Below, one piece after another: positions 62,049-64,000 of a stretch of DNA of 64,000 nt. Both the position numbers and the translations under genes were made by a program. This DNA is from Octopus sinensis (Eukaryota). The notes below the pieces were generated by a model. That model was not told where the DNA came from, did not search any database, and saw only the letters and a program-made list of their open reading frames with translations. Where the stretch lies: NCBI RefSeq assembly GCF_006345805.1, contig NC_043011.1:12846464-12910463 (forward strand), given 5' to 3'. The first letter of the stretch is position 1, and every line of letters starts with the position of its first letter.

Positions 62049-64000
62049 TATGTTTTGAAAAAGTTATGGCGGTTTAAAGTTTGGTAATTTTCATTCAGTC
62101 AAGAAACAGGATTTGGAAGCAGTAATTTTGTGCGTGACTGCACATTTTGTCGTCAACATCCTGAAAATAGCACGTGTTGTCAGCATTTGTAAACAACTCG
62201 TGTTTTTTTTTTAGTTTGAAGCATTCAAAATGCATTCAATGCGATAACACGAACTTAAAAGATTTATCCCCAAAAAGCGTTATTTAGCTGTTATTTTAAC
62301 ACAACTCACAATCACCTCAATGACAAAAAGAAACGAGAAAACAAGTAGTTTTAAGCATTCAATATGCATTTAATGCAAATGCGATGAACAACACATTACA
62401 CTTTTTTACCCACAAATGGTTTGAATACAGTTTTAACAGAAAGATTTAGAAGAATTAGATGAAAGTCTCCGGTAATTTTCTTTCATAAATGTTTATATTA
62501 ATTTTAAAATTTTGCTTGTCTTAATTCAAAACATTTCATAAATGTTTATGTTAATTTAAAAATTTGCCAGCAAAATCTTATAAAATGACAATGTTCTATA
62601 CGTCATATATGAAAATGAAAGAGTGAACAAAGTAAGCCTAAAAAACAATTTAAGCACGCAATAAGCAACACATTACAAAATATTTTGAAAATTAAAAACG
62701 AAAATTAGAAATACATTCTATCAATTTCTCAAACAAATCACACTTTTCATATCTCCTGCGCCTCATAAATTCGCAGAGATATGAATCTATCATAGAATGG
62801 TGAGTTCCACAGCGACGTTTATTACCTCACTTCACAGAGGCCCACGTACTCTCCACTTGTTGAGTGTAGGTACCATCATTCAGGTTAACAAAAGAAAGAA
62901 AGAGTAAACAACACGTCTTTTGTAGTTTTAGGCAGTCAATATGCATTTAATGCGATAGCACGAACTTAAAAGATTTATTTAAAAACAAAATAGTTACATT
63001 ATAAATTAATAGTTTTTCAAAACCAAACATTTTGTTGACCAGTTCATTGAAAACGAAAGTTAAAAATGCTTTCAATCGATTTCTCGAATAAATCACAATT
63101 TTCATATCTGCTGCGCTGCATAAATTCACATTCTCAATTGTCGTCGGATGGGTAAAATAAGTTGTTTCAATGTATTTGTCAACAAGTGCTTTCTCGCAGA
63201 CAAAGAGCTCTCATACTCTGCTTGTTACTATAGAAACAGACGTGAATGTGTCCGTGGCTTACGATTGGCTAAAATTACCAAAATTTTCAAACTTTAATTG
63301 TTAATAACTCTTTATTTATTGATTCATAGTAAAAATTATTTTCACGTCATTCATTGAATATGAAATCAATTCGAACAGAATTGATGCTGGCAGCCAAACC
63401 GACTAGATCCAGGACCAAAGCACTACATATATACGCATATATGGGTGCATGCATATATATATATATATAGATAGATGCACATGTGTACGTGTGCATGGTT
63501 TGATTTGGTTTCAAGTGTCCTTGATAACCACTTGGTACAAAAACATGCTTGTCAGTATAACTGGGAGATAATTTTTACTACACACACGGCCCCACACGAA
63601 GACATACACACACTACACACACACACCACCACCACCACCACACCACACACACATTCGTACACCCACATACCCAACTATGTCATCTTATTGTCGATGTCGA
63701 GTCCAAACTTTTTTCCAGTTCATTCGTCCCACCCTTGACTTATAGAAGCTTTACATCAGTGAGAAGTTTAACTGTTTTATCTTCTTCGTCAATTTCTTTC
63801 ACTCCTCTCTCTTGTTCACATCTTCCATTCCTGATATCTGCTTTAATCTCTTCGACATTACCGAGAGCAGAAACAATGGGATCAATCTAAAGAGGTTCCA
63901 ATCTTGTTATTCCTTCATTAGAGAATCAAGTAATCAAAAATCTTCTCAGACATTCATCTGACAAGCTTAAAAGCTAGTCATATCATCCACTTTTTCTACC

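Noticed and set aside
62070-63300. Diverged internal duplications and weak inverted ends suggesting an old DNA transposon
   Set aside because: Boundaries and TSD could not be defined.

Overview
AT-rich, microsatellite-dense eukaryotic non-coding DNA. The repeat content looks like an octopod cephalopod genome (inference from the SINE families). I recognised no host protein-coding exon. The window is mostly mobile DNA: a near-intact 5.3-kb Tx1/L1-type LINE nested in a tRNA-derived SINE, three SINE families, eight full copies of a GG...CC MITE (most with recognisable 8-bp TSDs), hAT MITEs, non-autonomous Helitrons, and decayed pogo, hAT, Tc1/mariner, piggyBac, RTE and Penelope-like (GIY-YIG) relics. 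The main find is a 2.9-kb array at 56428-59339 of near-identical ~491-bp units arranged as a giant palindrome. Each unit carries a complete type I hammerhead ribozyme motif, five intact and one with a 3-nt insertion. This is the layout of a retrozyme-like element predicted to yield self-cleaved ~490-nt monomer or circular RNAs from both strands. A separate canonical minimal hammerhead with a competing hairpin lies at 45848-45954, and several degenerate hammerheads occur in Penelope-type remnants. All RNA structures were paired by eye; no folding program or database search was run.
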